In this document: positions 34,955 to 43,551 of the stretch, one piece after another
How the letters are laid out: the number at the start of each line of letters is the position of its first letter
Position numbering within the stretch: the first letter of the stretch is position 1
DNA from: Vicinamibacterales bacterium
GTDB lineage: Bacteria; Acidobacteriota; Vicinamibacteria; Vicinamibacterales; SCN-69-37
Length of the DNA: 54,895 nucleotides
Direction: 5' to 3'
NCBI GenBank assembly: GCA_035547155.1
Contig: DASZVJ010000105.1
Location: forward strand, 1 to 54,895
Translations under genes and position numbers: made by a program
The notes under the pieces: generated by a model
Told to the model about the DNA's origin: nothing
Seen by the model: the letters and a program-made list of their open reading frames with translations, nothing else
Database searches by the model: none

Positions 34955-35082
34955 GAAGGGACCAGGGGGCGACGGGACCAAGGGCGTTGTATCGCGCTAT
35001 CCCGCTAACGCACTCGCGCACTATCCGGGATCGGGCTATCGGGCTATCTGGTCATCTGCCGCCCCAAGCCCCAAGCCAGAAT
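34955..35082. repeat. Three concatenated short-period arrays: SAAGGGAC octamers (34955-34986), CTATCNNN octamers (34989-35060) and CCCCAAG heptamers (35062-35082)
   Basis: gaagggac cagggggc gacgggac caagggcg | gtatcgcg ctatcccg ctaacgca ctcgcgca ctatccgg gatcgggc tatcgggc tatctggt catctgcc | ccccaag ccccaag ccagaat. Confidence 0.9.
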
Positions 35083-35228
35083 CTGTTTGTACTTGCGCCG
35101 TCCGAGTGCGATACTGTTGCGCGCCGGACACGCGCTGCCCCGCGACCCTCCCGGGTGGCGTCGATCGGCCCGATACGTAGGTGGAGCTCCCAGCGCCGCC
35201 TCGGGACGATCCCCGGTTCGAGTCTTCC

Positions 35229-37043
35229 ATGCCCGTGGTGTTTGCATTTCTGACGGCGTTCGCGCTGACGGTGATTCTGGTGCCGTTGGTGGCGCAGTAC
35301 GCGCGCACGCGCGGCATGTACGCGCAGCCGTCCTCCGATCGCTGGCACCGGCGGCCGGTCCCCAAGGTCGGCGGCATCGCGATGCTGCCGCCGCTGCTGC
35401 TCGTCTGCACGTTGAGCGGCCTGTGGCCGTCGCTCCTGCCCGTGCTCGTCGGCACGTCGCTGATGTTCGTGGTCGGGCTCGTCGACGACTTCCGGATCTT
35501 CCGGCCCGGCACGAAGCTCGTGCTGCAGACCGTCGCGGCGGCGACGCTGCTGTATCTGCTGCCGGAGATCCGCATCACCGGGTACGCCATCGCGGACTTC
35601 CTGCTGGGGTTCGCCTGGATCATCGGCATCACGAACGCGATGAACCTGCTCGACAACATGGACGGCCTGGCGTCCGGCGTCTCGTTGATCGCCGGCGCGT
35701 GTTTTCTCGCCGTCCTGTATCTGATCGGCGTGCCCGCGGCCGAGCCGCTGGCCGTGGGCATGGCGGCGTTCGTCGGCATCACCGCCGGATTCCTGCTGTT
35801 CAATTTCCACCCCGCGTCGATCTTCATGGGCGACAGCGGCAGCCACCTGCTCGGATCGTTCCTCGCCGGCTCGGCGCTGATGGCGACGCCCGCGATGAGC
35901 TCGCACCTGGCGCCTGTCGCGGCGATTCCGGTCGTGCTCCTGCTGATTCCCATCTTCGACACGTCGTTCGTGACGTTGGCGCGACGGCTGTCGGGCCGCA
36001 GCGCCTTTCTCGGAGGACGCGATCACACGTCGCACCGCCTCGTGGCGCTGGGCATCGGTGAGCGCCGTGCCGTGCTGGTCCTGTACGTGCTCACGGCGCT
36101 CGGCGGCGGCGTGGCGCTGGGCCTGATCGGGCTGCCGCGCGGGTTGGCGTGGGGATTCGTCGCGCTCTACGGCGCGTCGCTCGCGCTGTTGGGCGTCTAT
36201 CTCGGTCACGTCGAGGTCAGCCGCGGAACGACGACGGCCGCGGCGCCGCTGCCGTCGGAAGTGACGGCGCGCTATCGGCTCTATGAAGTGCTCCTCGATA
36301 CCGTCCTGATCAGCGGCGCGTACTATCTCGCGTTCATCGGCCGTTTTCGCGACGCGCAGTTCGCCCAGTTCGTGCCGTACTTCGTGCGATCGCTCCCGCT
36401 CGTCGTCGGCATCCAGCTCGTGACGTTGTGGCTGTCCGGCAAGTACCGTCACGTGTGGGCCCGGCTCGGCCCGTTCGAGATGTTCGAGCTGTTTCGTGCG
36501 TCGACGCTCGGGGTGGCCGCGTCGGTCATCGCCGTGCTCTATCTCGACCGCTTCCAGGGCTACTCGCGCTGGGTCTTCGCGTTCGATGCGGTGCTCGCGC
36601 CCATGTTCATCATCAGCGCGCGTGTCGGCCTGAGCGCCGTTGACGACTACTTGCGCCTGCGCCGGACACGCGGCCGATCGGCGATCGTCTACGGTGCGGG
36701 ACGCGGCGGCGCGCTCGCGGTCCGCGAGATCCTGCAGAACCCGTCGCTCGGCCTCACGCCGATTGGCTTTCTCGACGACGACATGGCGAAGCGGCGGCTG
36801 CGCGTCGATGGCCTCGGCGTGCTGGGCACGCTGGACGATCTGCCGGCGCTGCTCGACCGGCGCAGCGGTCAGATCTCCGCGGTCATCGTCGGCATCAGCA
36901 ATCTCCCGCGCGAGCGTCTCGATCGCGTCTGCGAGATCTGCCACACGCACGGGATTGCCGTGCGGCGGATGCGCGTCGATCTCGAGGACGTCCGCCGGTC
37001 CGCCTCCTCGCCTCCGGGCGTCGTGCGATTTCCCGGCGCGTGA
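35229..37043 (+). CDS. Polyprenyl-phosphate HexNAc-1-phosphate transferase (WecA/MraY GT4-type PGT) fused to a CapD/WbpM-type N-terminal membrane and Rossmann-like module
   Basis: N-terminal half: RRPVPKVGGIAM, ITNAMNLLDNMDGLASG and FNFHPASIFMGDSGSHLLG. C-terminal half: 4 hydrophobic spans, then SAIVYGAGRGGALAVREIL..LTPIGFLDDD..LGVLGTLDDLP..ISAVIVGI. This parallels residues ~20-290 of the CapD-like protein encoded at 1..1862. Start at ATG 35229. Confidence 0.8.
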   Translation: MPVVFAFLTAFALTVILVPLVAQYARTRGMYAQPSSDRWHRRPVPKVGGIAMLPPLLLVCTLSGLWPSLLPVLVGTSLMFVVGLVDDFRIFRPGTKLVLQTVAAATLLYLLPEIRITGYAIADFLLGFAWIIGITNAMNLLDNMDGLASGVSLIAGACFLAVLYLIGVPAAEPLAVGMAAFVGITAGFLLFNFHPASIFMGDSGSHLLGSFLAGSALMATPAMSSHLAPVAAIPVVLLLIPIFDTSFVTLARRLSGRSAFLGGRDHTSHRLVALGIGERRAVLVLYVLTALGGGVALGLIGLPRGLAWGFVALYGASLALLGVYLGHVEVSRGTTTAAAPLPSEVTARYRLYEVLLDTVLISGAYYLAFIGRFRDAQFAQFVPYFVRSLPLVVGIQLVTLWLSGKYRHVWARLGPFEMFELFRASTLGVAASVIAVLYLDRFQGYSRWVFAFDAVLAPMFIISARVGLSAVDDYLRLRRTRGRSAIVYGAGRGGALAVREILQNPSLGLTPIGFLDDDMAKRRLRVDGLGVLGTLDDLPALLDRRSGQISAVIVGISNLPRERLDRVCEICHTHGIAVRRMRVDLEDVRRSASSPPGVVRFPGA

Positions 37044-37198
37044 TCCGCGCCGAGCGCCGAACGCGCGTACGGCGCGGACAAGTCAAAAGTTGAAAGCCAA
37101 AAGGTGTGGTACGCGGTGTCGGTGCGCCGGGTCCGCACGTGTCGGCCGCCGCCTGTCGCCTATAGCCCGAAATATGCCATGCTCGCCCGTAAGCCTTC

Positions 37199-37666
37199 AT
37201 GTCCAAGAAGCCTGCTGAAGAGCTCATCACCGACAACCGCAAGGCCGGGCACGACTATCACTTGCTCGAGACCTTCGAGGCGGGCGTCGTGTTGACCGGC
37301 ACGGAGGTGAAGGCGATCCGCGAGGGCCGCGTCAATCTTCGCGACAGTTATTGCCGCTTCGATCAGGGAGAGGCCTACCTGCTCGGCATGCACGTCGGGC
37401 AGTACAGCCACGACGGATACCACGTGCACGACGCCACGCGGGCGCGCAAGCTGCTGCTGCACCGCGAGGAGCTCAACAAGCTGCTCGGCAAGACCACCGA
37501 AAAAGGGCTGACGATCGTGCCGACGCGCATGTACTTCAAGGGCGGCCGCGTGAAGGTGGCGATCGCGCTGGCCAAAGGCAAGAACACCGTCGACAAGCGG
37601 GAGACGATCCGCCGCCGGGAAGCGGAGCGCGAAACGCGCGCGGCGATCAAGAGCCGCCGGGTATAA
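37199..37666 (+). CDS. smpB: SsrA-binding protein (trans-translation)
   Basis: NRKAGHDYHLLETFEAGVVLTGTEVKAIR, KLLLHREELNKL and GLTIVPTRMYFKGGRVKVAIALAKGK. Confidence 0.95.
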   Translation: MSKKPAEELITDNRKAGHDYHLLETFEAGVVLTGTEVKAIREGRVNLRDSYCRFDQGEAYLLGMHVGQYSHDGYHVHDATRARKLLLHREELNKLLGKTTEKGLTIVPTRMYFKGGRVKVAIALAKGKNTVDKRETIRRREAERETRAAIKSRRV

Positions 37667-37675
37667 TTGCCGCCC

Positions 37676-38230
37676 ATGAAGCGACCGGTGTGGCTCATCT
37701 TAGGTGTGGTCCTCGCGGTGCTCGCCGCGTGGTGGTTCCTGCGATCCGGCAGTGGCGAGCGCGTCACCGTCCATCTCGTGGATCAGTTCGACAGCGCCAA
37801 GGAAAAGCGGCCGTCGCCGGACGTGTTCTCGCTGATCGACGCGACGATTGGCGGCGTCACGAAGCGAGCCATCCACGTGAAGCAGACGAGCCGCATCGTC
37901 ATTCCAGTCGTCGTGCCGGAGAACGGCGAGTTCAAGACGAGCCTGGGCTTGCTGGAGCCGGCGTGGACGATCCCCGGCGACGGTGTGCTGTTCCGCGTGC
38001 TGCTCCGGGCCGGCGGGCCACCGGAGGAGATTCTGAACATCGTCATCAATCCGTTCGGCAATCCCGGCGATCGGCAGTGGCACGACGTGACGCTCGATCT
38101 GTCCGAGTACTCGGGTGAGACGGTCGACCTCTTCCTCAACACGAACAACAGCCCGCCGTCGCATCCGCAGCGCGACGATCCGAACGGCGATCTTGCGGTC
38201 TGGGGCGATCCGCGCATCGTCACGCACTGA
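37676..38230 (+). CDS. Hypothetical membrane-anchored protein
   Basis: N-terminal TM span (VWLILGVVLAVLAAWWFL) followed by a ~150-aa beta-rich domain (..WHDVTLDLSEYSGETVDLFLNT..DLAVWGDPRIV). ATG 37676, 9 nt after the smpB stop. Confidence 0.55.
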   Translation: MKRPVWLILGVVLAVLAAWWFLRSGSGERVTVHLVDQFDSAKEKRPSPDVFSLIDATIGGVTKRAIHVKQTSRIVIPVVVPENGEFKTSLGLLEPAWTIPGDGVLFRVLLRAGGPPEEILNIVINPFGNPGDRQWHDVTLDLSEYSGETVDLFLNTNNSPPSHPQRDDPNGDLAVWGDPRIVTH

Positions 38231-38241
38231 CGCGCCGCTGC

Positions 38242-39387
38242 ATGACCACGCACGACCCGGCGGGGCCCGCGGTGCCGCTGCTCGATCTGCAGGCGCAATA
38301 CCGGCCGATTCGCGGCGAGATTCTCGAGGCGCTGACGCGCGTCGCCGACAGCCAGCGGTTCATCCTCGGGCCGGAGGTCGAGACCTTCGAGCGCGAGATC
38401 GCCGCGCAGCTGGAGGTCGAGCATGCCGTCGGCCTGTCGTCGGGCACCGATGCGCTGCTCGCCGTGCTGATGGCGATCGGGATCGGGCCCGGTGACGAAG
38501 TCATCACGCCCACGTACTCGTTCTTCGCGACCGCCGGCACGGTCAGCCGGCTCGGTGCGACGCCGGTCTTCGTCGACATCGACCCGCGGACGTTCAACCT
38601 CGATCCCGCGTTGCTGGCACGCGCGCTGACGCCGCGCACGCGCGCCATCGTGCCAGTGCACCTGTTCGGCCTCTCGGCCGATCTCGATCCCGTGCTCGAC
38701 ATCGCGCGTCAGGCTGGCGTGCCGGTCATTGAGGACGCCGCGCAAGCGATCGGCGCGCGCTATCACGGGCGCGTGCTCGGCGGGTTCGGCCTCGCGGCGT
38801 GCTTCTCGTTTTTCCCCTCGAAGAACCTCGGCGCGTTCGGCGATGGCGGCCTGGCGACGACCAACGACGCGAGCCTGGCGCGTGAGCTGCGCCTGCTGCG
38901 CAATCACGGCGCGGAGCCGAAGTACGTCCACGCGCGCGTCGGCGGCAACTTCCGCCTCGACGCGATACAGGCCGCCGTCTTGCGCGTCAAGGCACCGCAT
39001 CTGGCGGCCTGGTCCGATGCGCGCCGCCGCAACGCGGATCGCTATCGCGCGCTGTTCGACGAGGCGGGACTCGCCGGCATGGTCGAGCTGCCGATCGAGC
39101 CGCCCGGGTACACGCACATCTACAACCAGTTCGTGATTCGCGTGGCGCAGCGCGACGCGCTGCGCGCGTTCCTGACGTCGCAACGCGTCGGGACCGAGAT
39201 CTACTATCCGATTCCGTTCCATCGCCAGGCGTGTTTCGCCCAGGTGCCTTCCGCGCACGACGCGTTTCCGGTGGCGGACCGGGCCGCCGAAACGTCGCTC
39301 GCGATTCCTATCTACGGCGAGTTGACGCGCGCGCAGCAGGCGCACGTCGTCACGGCGATCGCCGCGTTCTTCGGACGGGCTCGATGA
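38242..39387 (+). CDS. DegT/DnrJ/EryC1/StrS-family PLP-dependent sugar aminotransferase
   Basis: FILGPEVETFEREIA, GTDALLAVLMAIGIGPGDEVITPTYSFFATA, VIEDAAQAIGA and SFFPSKNLGAFGDGG (the PLP Lys). Confidence 0.9.
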   Translation: MTTHDPAGPAVPLLDLQAQYRPIRGEILEALTRVADSQRFILGPEVETFEREIAAQLEVEHAVGLSSGTDALLAVLMAIGIGPGDEVITPTYSFFATAGTVSRLGATPVFVDIDPRTFNLDPALLARALTPRTRAIVPVHLFGLSADLDPVLDIARQAGVPVIEDAAQAIGARYHGRVLGGFGLAACFSFFPSKNLGAFGDGGLATTNDASLARELRLLRNHGAEPKYVHARVGGNFRLDAIQAAVLRVKAPHLAAWSDARRRNADRYRALFDEAGLAGMVELPIEPPGYTHIYNQFVIRVAQRDALRAFLTSQRVGTEIYYPIPFHRQACFAQVPSAHDAFPVADRAAETSLAIPIYGELTRAQQAHVVTAIAAFFGRAR

Positions 39388-40238
39388 GGCGGCTCGCGCT
39401 CGTCGTGGGGGCCGGCGGACAGCTCGGCGAGGCGATGACCGATCAGCTCGGCGCACGACACGAGGTCGTCGCCGTGACGCGATCGACGCTCGATGTCACC
39501 GACGCGGCGGCGGTGCACGCGTTCGTCCGCGCCGTGTCGCCGGACATGATCGTCAACTGCTCCGCATACACGAACGTCGACGGCGCGGAAACGCGCTCGC
39601 TCGAGGCCTTCCAGGTCAACGCGATGGCGGTGCGCGCGCTCGCCCGCGCGGCGCAGGACGCCGACGCGACGCTCGTGCACTACAGCACGGATTTCGTGTT
39701 CGACGGTGCGATCGACCGGCCGTACACCGAAGACGACGCCCCGAATCCCCGCGGCGCGTACGCGATGTCGAAGCTGCTCGGCGAGTGGTTCGCGGCCGAC
39801 GCGCCGAAGCACTACGTGCTGCGCGTCGAGAGCCTGTTCGGCGGCGTGAAGGCCCACAGCAGCATCGACAAGATCCTCGCGAATCTGCGCAGCGGCGCGA
39901 CCGTACGCGCGTTCGCCGATCGCACCGTCTCCCCAAGCCTCGTCGACGACGTCGTGTCAGCCACAGCCGGTCTCATCGAGCGCGGCGCGCCGTACGGGCT
40001 CTATCACTGCGTGAACACGGGCTGGACGACCTGGGCCGGCATCGCGCGTGAGCTCGCGCGCCTCGCCGGGCGGCCGGACGCGACAATCGAAGAGACGCGC
40101 ATGGCCGACGCCGCACTGCTCGCCAGCCGCCCACTGTTCGCGGCGCTGTCCAACGCCAAGCTCACCGCCGCAGGCATCTCGATGCCGACGTGGGAAGACG
40201 CGCTGAGGCGTTATGTCGCCACTGGCGCTCGACAGTGA
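39384..40238 (+). CDS. rmlD: dTDP-4-dehydrorhamnose reductase-family protein
   Basis: LVVGAGGQLG, VNCSAYTNVDGAE, HYSTDFVFDG and YAMSKLLGE. ATGA overlap with the aminotransferase gene. Confidence 0.8.
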   Translation: MRRLALVVGAGGQLGEAMTDQLGARHEVVAVTRSTLDVTDAAAVHAFVRAVSPDMIVNCSAYTNVDGAETRSLEAFQVNAMAVRALARAAQDADATLVHYSTDFVFDGAIDRPYTEDDAPNPRGAYAMSKLLGEWFAADAPKHYVLRVESLFGGVKAHSSIDKILANLRSGATVRAFADRTVSPSLVDDVVSATAGLIERGAPYGLYHCVNTGWTTWAGIARELARLAGRPDATIEETRMADAALLASRPLFAALSNAKLTAAGISMPTWEDALRRYVATGARQ

Positions 40239-40244
40239 CTCCAG

Positions 40245-40337
40245 TCAACTTTGAACTTGGAACTTCGAACTGCGAAACAAAAGCATTCTGCGTGAAGTAA
40301 CACTCTTTCGCGATTCGTAGTTCGAAGTTCGAAGTTC
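40245..40337. repeat. Heptamer arms, GAACTTN (40245-40272) and inverted GAAGTTC (40311-40337)
   Basis: tcaactt tgaactt ggaactt cgaactg ... cgattcg tagttc gaagttc gaagttc. Same architecture as 13995-14074. Confidence 0.9.
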
Positions 40338-40355
40338 GCGCGCCGAAGGCGCGCG
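40337..40355. terminator. GC hairpin (8-bp stem, GAA loop) between convergent rmlD and thiS, candidate bidirectional terminator
   Basis: cgcgcgcc-gaa-ggcgcgcg, ending 1 nt before the thiS stop codon. Confidence 0.5.
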
Positions 40356-40556
40356 CTAGCCTCCGCCGACGAACTTGACGATCTCCACTTCCGCGCCATC
40401 GTCGATCGTCGTGGTCGCATAGCTCGCGCGCCGCACGACGACGCGATTGAGCTCGACAGCGACGAGGCGGCCGTCGAGACCGAGATGATCGAGCAGGCCC
40501 TGAACCGACAGCGCGTCCGGGACGTCGGCCGGATCGCCGTTCAGAAGAATTCGCAT
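40356..40556 (-). CDS. thiS: ThiS/MoaD-family sulfur carrier protein
   Basis: 66 aa, MRILLNGD..., C-terminal ..[10 protein letters not shown] (the diglycine terminus). The start overlaps the upstream GT4 gene by 16 nt. Confidence 0.85.
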   Translation of the reverse strand: MRILLNGDPADVPDALSVQGLLDHLGLDGRLVAVELNRVVVRRASYATTTIDDGAEVEIVKFVGGG

Positions 40557-41905
40557 GAGATCGACGGAAAGTCGGCGAGCACGTCCGCGACGTGCCGCGA
40601 CGGATCGGGACGCAGGTGGCGGGGAAGAGCGGCCTGCGGCTCGGGTATCTCCGCGGCCGCCGTCATGATGCGCACGAACGCGTCGGTCATGCGCGCTTCG
40701 CTGTGCTCGGCCTGCCAGTACGCGCGTGCGGCCCGGCCCAGCGAGGTGCGCAACTCGGCGTCCATGGCCAGCCGTCGCATGGCGAGCGTCAGCGAGTGAT
40801 CTTCGTCGACGATGTCGATGGCAACGGTGACGGGATCGAGCGCGGGGTGCGAGCGGGACCAGTCGCGCGGGTCGAGCGATGGCACGTGCGCCTGATGCGC
40901 GAGCGAGATGACGATCGTCGGACGTGCGGCCGCGATCGCGCGCACCCAGGGACCTGACGTTTCGACCGCCGTCGGCCAGCGGAGGTTGAGGCTCACGTCG
41001 ACCGCCGCAATCGCGCGATCGAACGCGTCATCGTCGAGCACGCCGGCAAGCACGATCGCGTCGCGCACGCCGAGCGCGTCCGCGAGGCTGGCGATGTCGA
41101 CCGCTGGATCGGCCGCGCCGGCGAGCAGCAACCGCGCGCGCGGCATCCGTTGCCGCGTGGCCGCGAACGCCCGAAGAATCTGCGGAATCCGCTTGTCGGC
41201 GGTCAATCCGCCGAACGCGCCGAAGACGATCGCCTCGTCGGAGAAACCGAGCGCCGCGCGCGCGGCGCGGCGCTCGTCGTCCGCGAGCGGATCGTCGCGA
41301 CCGTCGCCGAGCGGCACGTACTCGATGCGGGCGTCTGGTGAGGCCGCGGCGAGCGCCGCCGCGCCGCCGCGTGTATGGACGGCGGTCACGCGCGAGGCGG
41401 CGACGACGGCTCGCGTCATCGGCCAGAGCGCGTAGTACGGCCCGTCGAACCCGGCGATGCCGAGCTCGGCCGCCGCGACGGGCGTGTCCGGCTGATCGAA
41501 CGCCAGCTCCGCGCGGTAGTCAGCGGTCCGATGGCGCGAGAGCAGCGCGTGGCCGCGGGCGTGGTGCAGCCGCGCGTCGTGCAGCACGGCGAGTCCGGGC
41601 CAGCGAAACAGATAGGGCCAGATGTACGCGTGCTGCGTCGAGTTGCCGAGCTGATAAATCGGGAGATCGTACTGTGCGCGCGCGTGACGCCAGACGAGCT
41701 CGTGCGCGGAGAGGACGCGCGTGCGTCCGGGCTCGGGCGGCGCGGGTGATGCGGCGCGATCGATCGGCGCGGCCGGGACGGCGCGTGCGTCGACGAACAC
41801 GTCGATCGCGTGGCCGGCGGCGGCGAGCCGCGCGACGAGCGCGGCGGATCGGCCCGCGATGCCGCTCGACTGCGGCGGCCACGGACTGAGCCACGCGAGA
41901 CGCAT
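40541..41905 (-). CDS. Glycosyltransferase, GT4-like
   Basis: [37 protein letters not shown] is a GT-B N-domain start. 454 aa. Confidence 0.7.
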   Translation of the reverse strand: MRLAWLSPWPPQSSGIAGRSAALVARLAAAGHAIDVFVDARAVPAAPIDRAASPAPPEPGRTRVLSAHELVWRHARAQYDLPIYQLGNSTQHAYIWPYLFRWPGLAVLHDARLHHARGHALLSRHRTADYRAELAFDQPDTPVAAAELGIAGFDGPYYALWPMTRAVVAASRVTAVHTRGGAAALAAASPDARIEYVPLGDGRDDPLADDERRAARAALGFSDEAIVFGAFGGLTADKRIPQILRAFAATRQRMPRARLLLAGAADPAVDIASLADALGVRDAIVLAGVLDDDAFDRAIAAVDVSLNLRWPTAVETSGPWVRAIAAARPTIVISLAHQAHVPSLDPRDWSRSHPALDPVTVAIDIVDEDHSLTLAMRRLAMDAELRTSLGRAARAYWQAEHSEARMTDAFVRIMTAAAEIPEPQAALPRHLRPDPSRHVADVLADFPSISCEFF

Positions 41906-41948
41906 CGCATTAGTTTACCTGGGCGTCGCCGCAACCGCTCGCATCGCA

Positions 41949-41978
41949 TTGACTTGGCCGACGCTCGTTCGTTAGCAT
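41949..41978 (+). promoter_or_regulatory. Candidate sigma-70-type promoter of the nuo operon
   Basis: TTGACT (41949-41954), an 18-nt spacer, then TAGCAT (41973-41978), about 100 nt upstream of nuoA. Confidence 0.3.
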
Positions 41979-41980
41979 CT

Positions 41981-42007
41981 GAGCTTGTTCGAGCGGCGAA
42001 CAAGCTC
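41981..42007 (+). promoter_or_regulatory. Perfect 11-bp inverted repeat (5-nt loop) directly downstream of the candidate -10, either an operator or a leader hairpin
   Basis: gagcttgttcg-agcgg-cgaacaagctc. Confidence 0.5.
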
Positions 42008-42076
42008 GCCGTGCGCCGCTGCTATCGTCCGTCTTCGCACCGCCCATGCGGGGACGTCCCGGGAGACCCCTGATCG

Positions 42077-42445
42077 ATGGAAGGTTTTCTTCCCATCCTT
42101 ATCATGATCGCCCTCGGCGTCGGATTCGCCGCCGGCAACGTCTTCCTGTCGCAGTTTCTCGGTCCCCGCAAGCCGTCTCCGGAGAAGAGCGCGCCGTACG
42201 AGTGCGGCATGCCGCCGGTCGGCGACGCGCGCGAGCGCCAGTCCGTCAAGTTCTACCTCGTGGCGATGATCTTCCTGCTCTTCGACATCGAGGTCGCGTT
42301 CTTGTATCCGTGGGCGATTGCGTTTCGCGATCTCGGCATCATCGGCTACTGGCAGATCGTGACGTTCTTCCTTCTGCTGGTCACGGGCTATGTCTACGTG
42401 TGGCGCAAGGGCGTATTTGATTGGAGCGGCGAGCGATCGCGCTGA
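42077..42445 (+). CDS. nuoA: NADH-quinone oxidoreductase subunit A
   Basis: [33 protein letters not shown]. Confidence 0.95.
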   Translation: MEGFLPILIMIALGVGFAAGNVFLSQFLGPRKPSPEKSAPYECGMPPVGDARERQSVKFYLVAMIFLLFDIEVAFLYPWAIAFRDLGIIGYWQIVTFFLLLVTGYVYVWRKGVFDWSGERSR

Positions 42446-42472
42446 CGTCCGTCGTTTCGATCGGTTCACATC

Positions 42473-42937
42473 ATGCCTGAGCTGGAAATTCCCGTTCTGA
42501 CCACGACCGTCGAGAAGATGGTCCAGTGGGCGCGTCGATCGGCCATCTGGCCGGTGACGTTCGGTCTGGCGTGCTGCGCGATCGAGATGATGGCGATGAG
42601 CTGCGGCCGCTACGACATCGCGCGCTTCGGCGCGGAAGTGTTCCGCGGATCGCCGCGTCAGTCGGACCTGATGATCATCGCGGGCCGGCTGTCGCGCAAG
42701 ATGGCGCCCGTGCTGCGCCGCATCTACGACCAGATGCCCGAGCCCAAGTGGGTCATCTCGATGGGCGCGTGCGCGAGCTGCGGCGGCGTGTTCGACAACT
42801 ACGCGATCGTGCAGGGTGTCGATCAGGTCGTGCCGATCGACGTCTACGTCCCGGGCTGTCCGCCGCGTCCCGAGGCCCTCATCTACGGCATCGTCCAGTT
42901 GCAGCGGAAGATCGATCAACAGCGGATGAGCGCGTAG
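42473..42937 (+). CDS. nuoB: NADH-quinone oxidoreductase subunit B
   Basis: [37 protein letters not shown] and [11 protein letters not shown] (the N2 cluster cysteines). Confidence 0.95.
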   Translation: MPELEIPVLTTTVEKMVQWARRSAIWPVTFGLACCAIEMMAMSCGRYDIARFGAEVFRGSPRQSDLMIIAGRLSRKMAPVLRRIYDQMPEPKWVISMGACASCGGVFDNYAIVQGVDQVVPIDVYVPGCPPRPEALIYGIVQLQRKIDQQRMSA

Positions 42938-42939
42938 AC

Positions 42940-43551
42940 ATGGCTTCGACCGACGCCTCTCCGATTCTCGACGTGCTGCGGGCCGCCGTGCCCGACGCCG
43001 CGCTCAACGCCGCGGCCGCCGTCGACATGCCGACCATCGTCATCGATCGCGAGCACGCGCTCGAAGTGTTCGCCGCGCTGCGGGATCATCCGGCGCTGCA
43101 ATTCGCGCTGTTGTTGGACGTGACGGCCGTCGATCGGCTGCCGGCCGAGCCGCGCTTCGAGATCGTGTATCACCTCGCGTGTCTCGGCGAGGCGTTCGCG
43201 TCCGGCACGCCGGCGCCCGCGCGCCGCTTGCGCGTGAAGATTGGGCTGCCCGGCCACGACGCGCGTGTGACGAGCGTGACGTCGCTCTATCCTGGCGCCG
43301 GATGGCCGGAGCGCGAAGTCTTCGATCTGTTCGGCGTGTTCTTCGAGCATCACGCCGACCTGCGCCGGATCCTGACGCCCGAAGAATGGACCGGTCATCC
43401 GCTGCGGAAGGATTATCCGGTGCAGATCCGGAAGTCGACGCAGTCGTGGGAGCCGATTCAAGTGTCGGCGGAGGAATTCGCCGAGAACATCCGGCGGCAG
43501 CGTGCGGAAGCGGAGCGCCGCGCGCGCGAGGCGGGCCAATCGGGTGACTGA
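42940..43551 (+). CDS. nuoC: NADH-quinone oxidoreductase subunit C
   Basis: LLDVTAVD, FEIVYHL, GAGWPEREVFDLFGVFFEHH and PLRKDYP. Start at ATG 42940, 3 nt after the nuoB stop. Confidence 0.9.
   Translation: MASTDASPILDVLRAAVPDAALNAAAAVDMPTIVIDREHALEVFAALRDHPALQFALLLDVTAVDRLPAEPRFEIVYHLACLGEAFASGTPAPARRLRVKIGLPGHDARVTSVTSLYPGAGWPEREVFDLFGVFFEHHADLRRILTPEEWTGHPLRKDYPVQIRKSTQSWEPIQVSAEEFAENIRRQRAEAERRAREAGQSGD

Noticed and set aside
37044-37198. tmRNA (ssrA) or another structured RNA next to smpB.
   Set aside because: There is no GGGGCUGAUUCUGGAUUCGAC-like 5' end, no tRNA-like 3' end and no tag reading frame visible. The region is only 155 nt.
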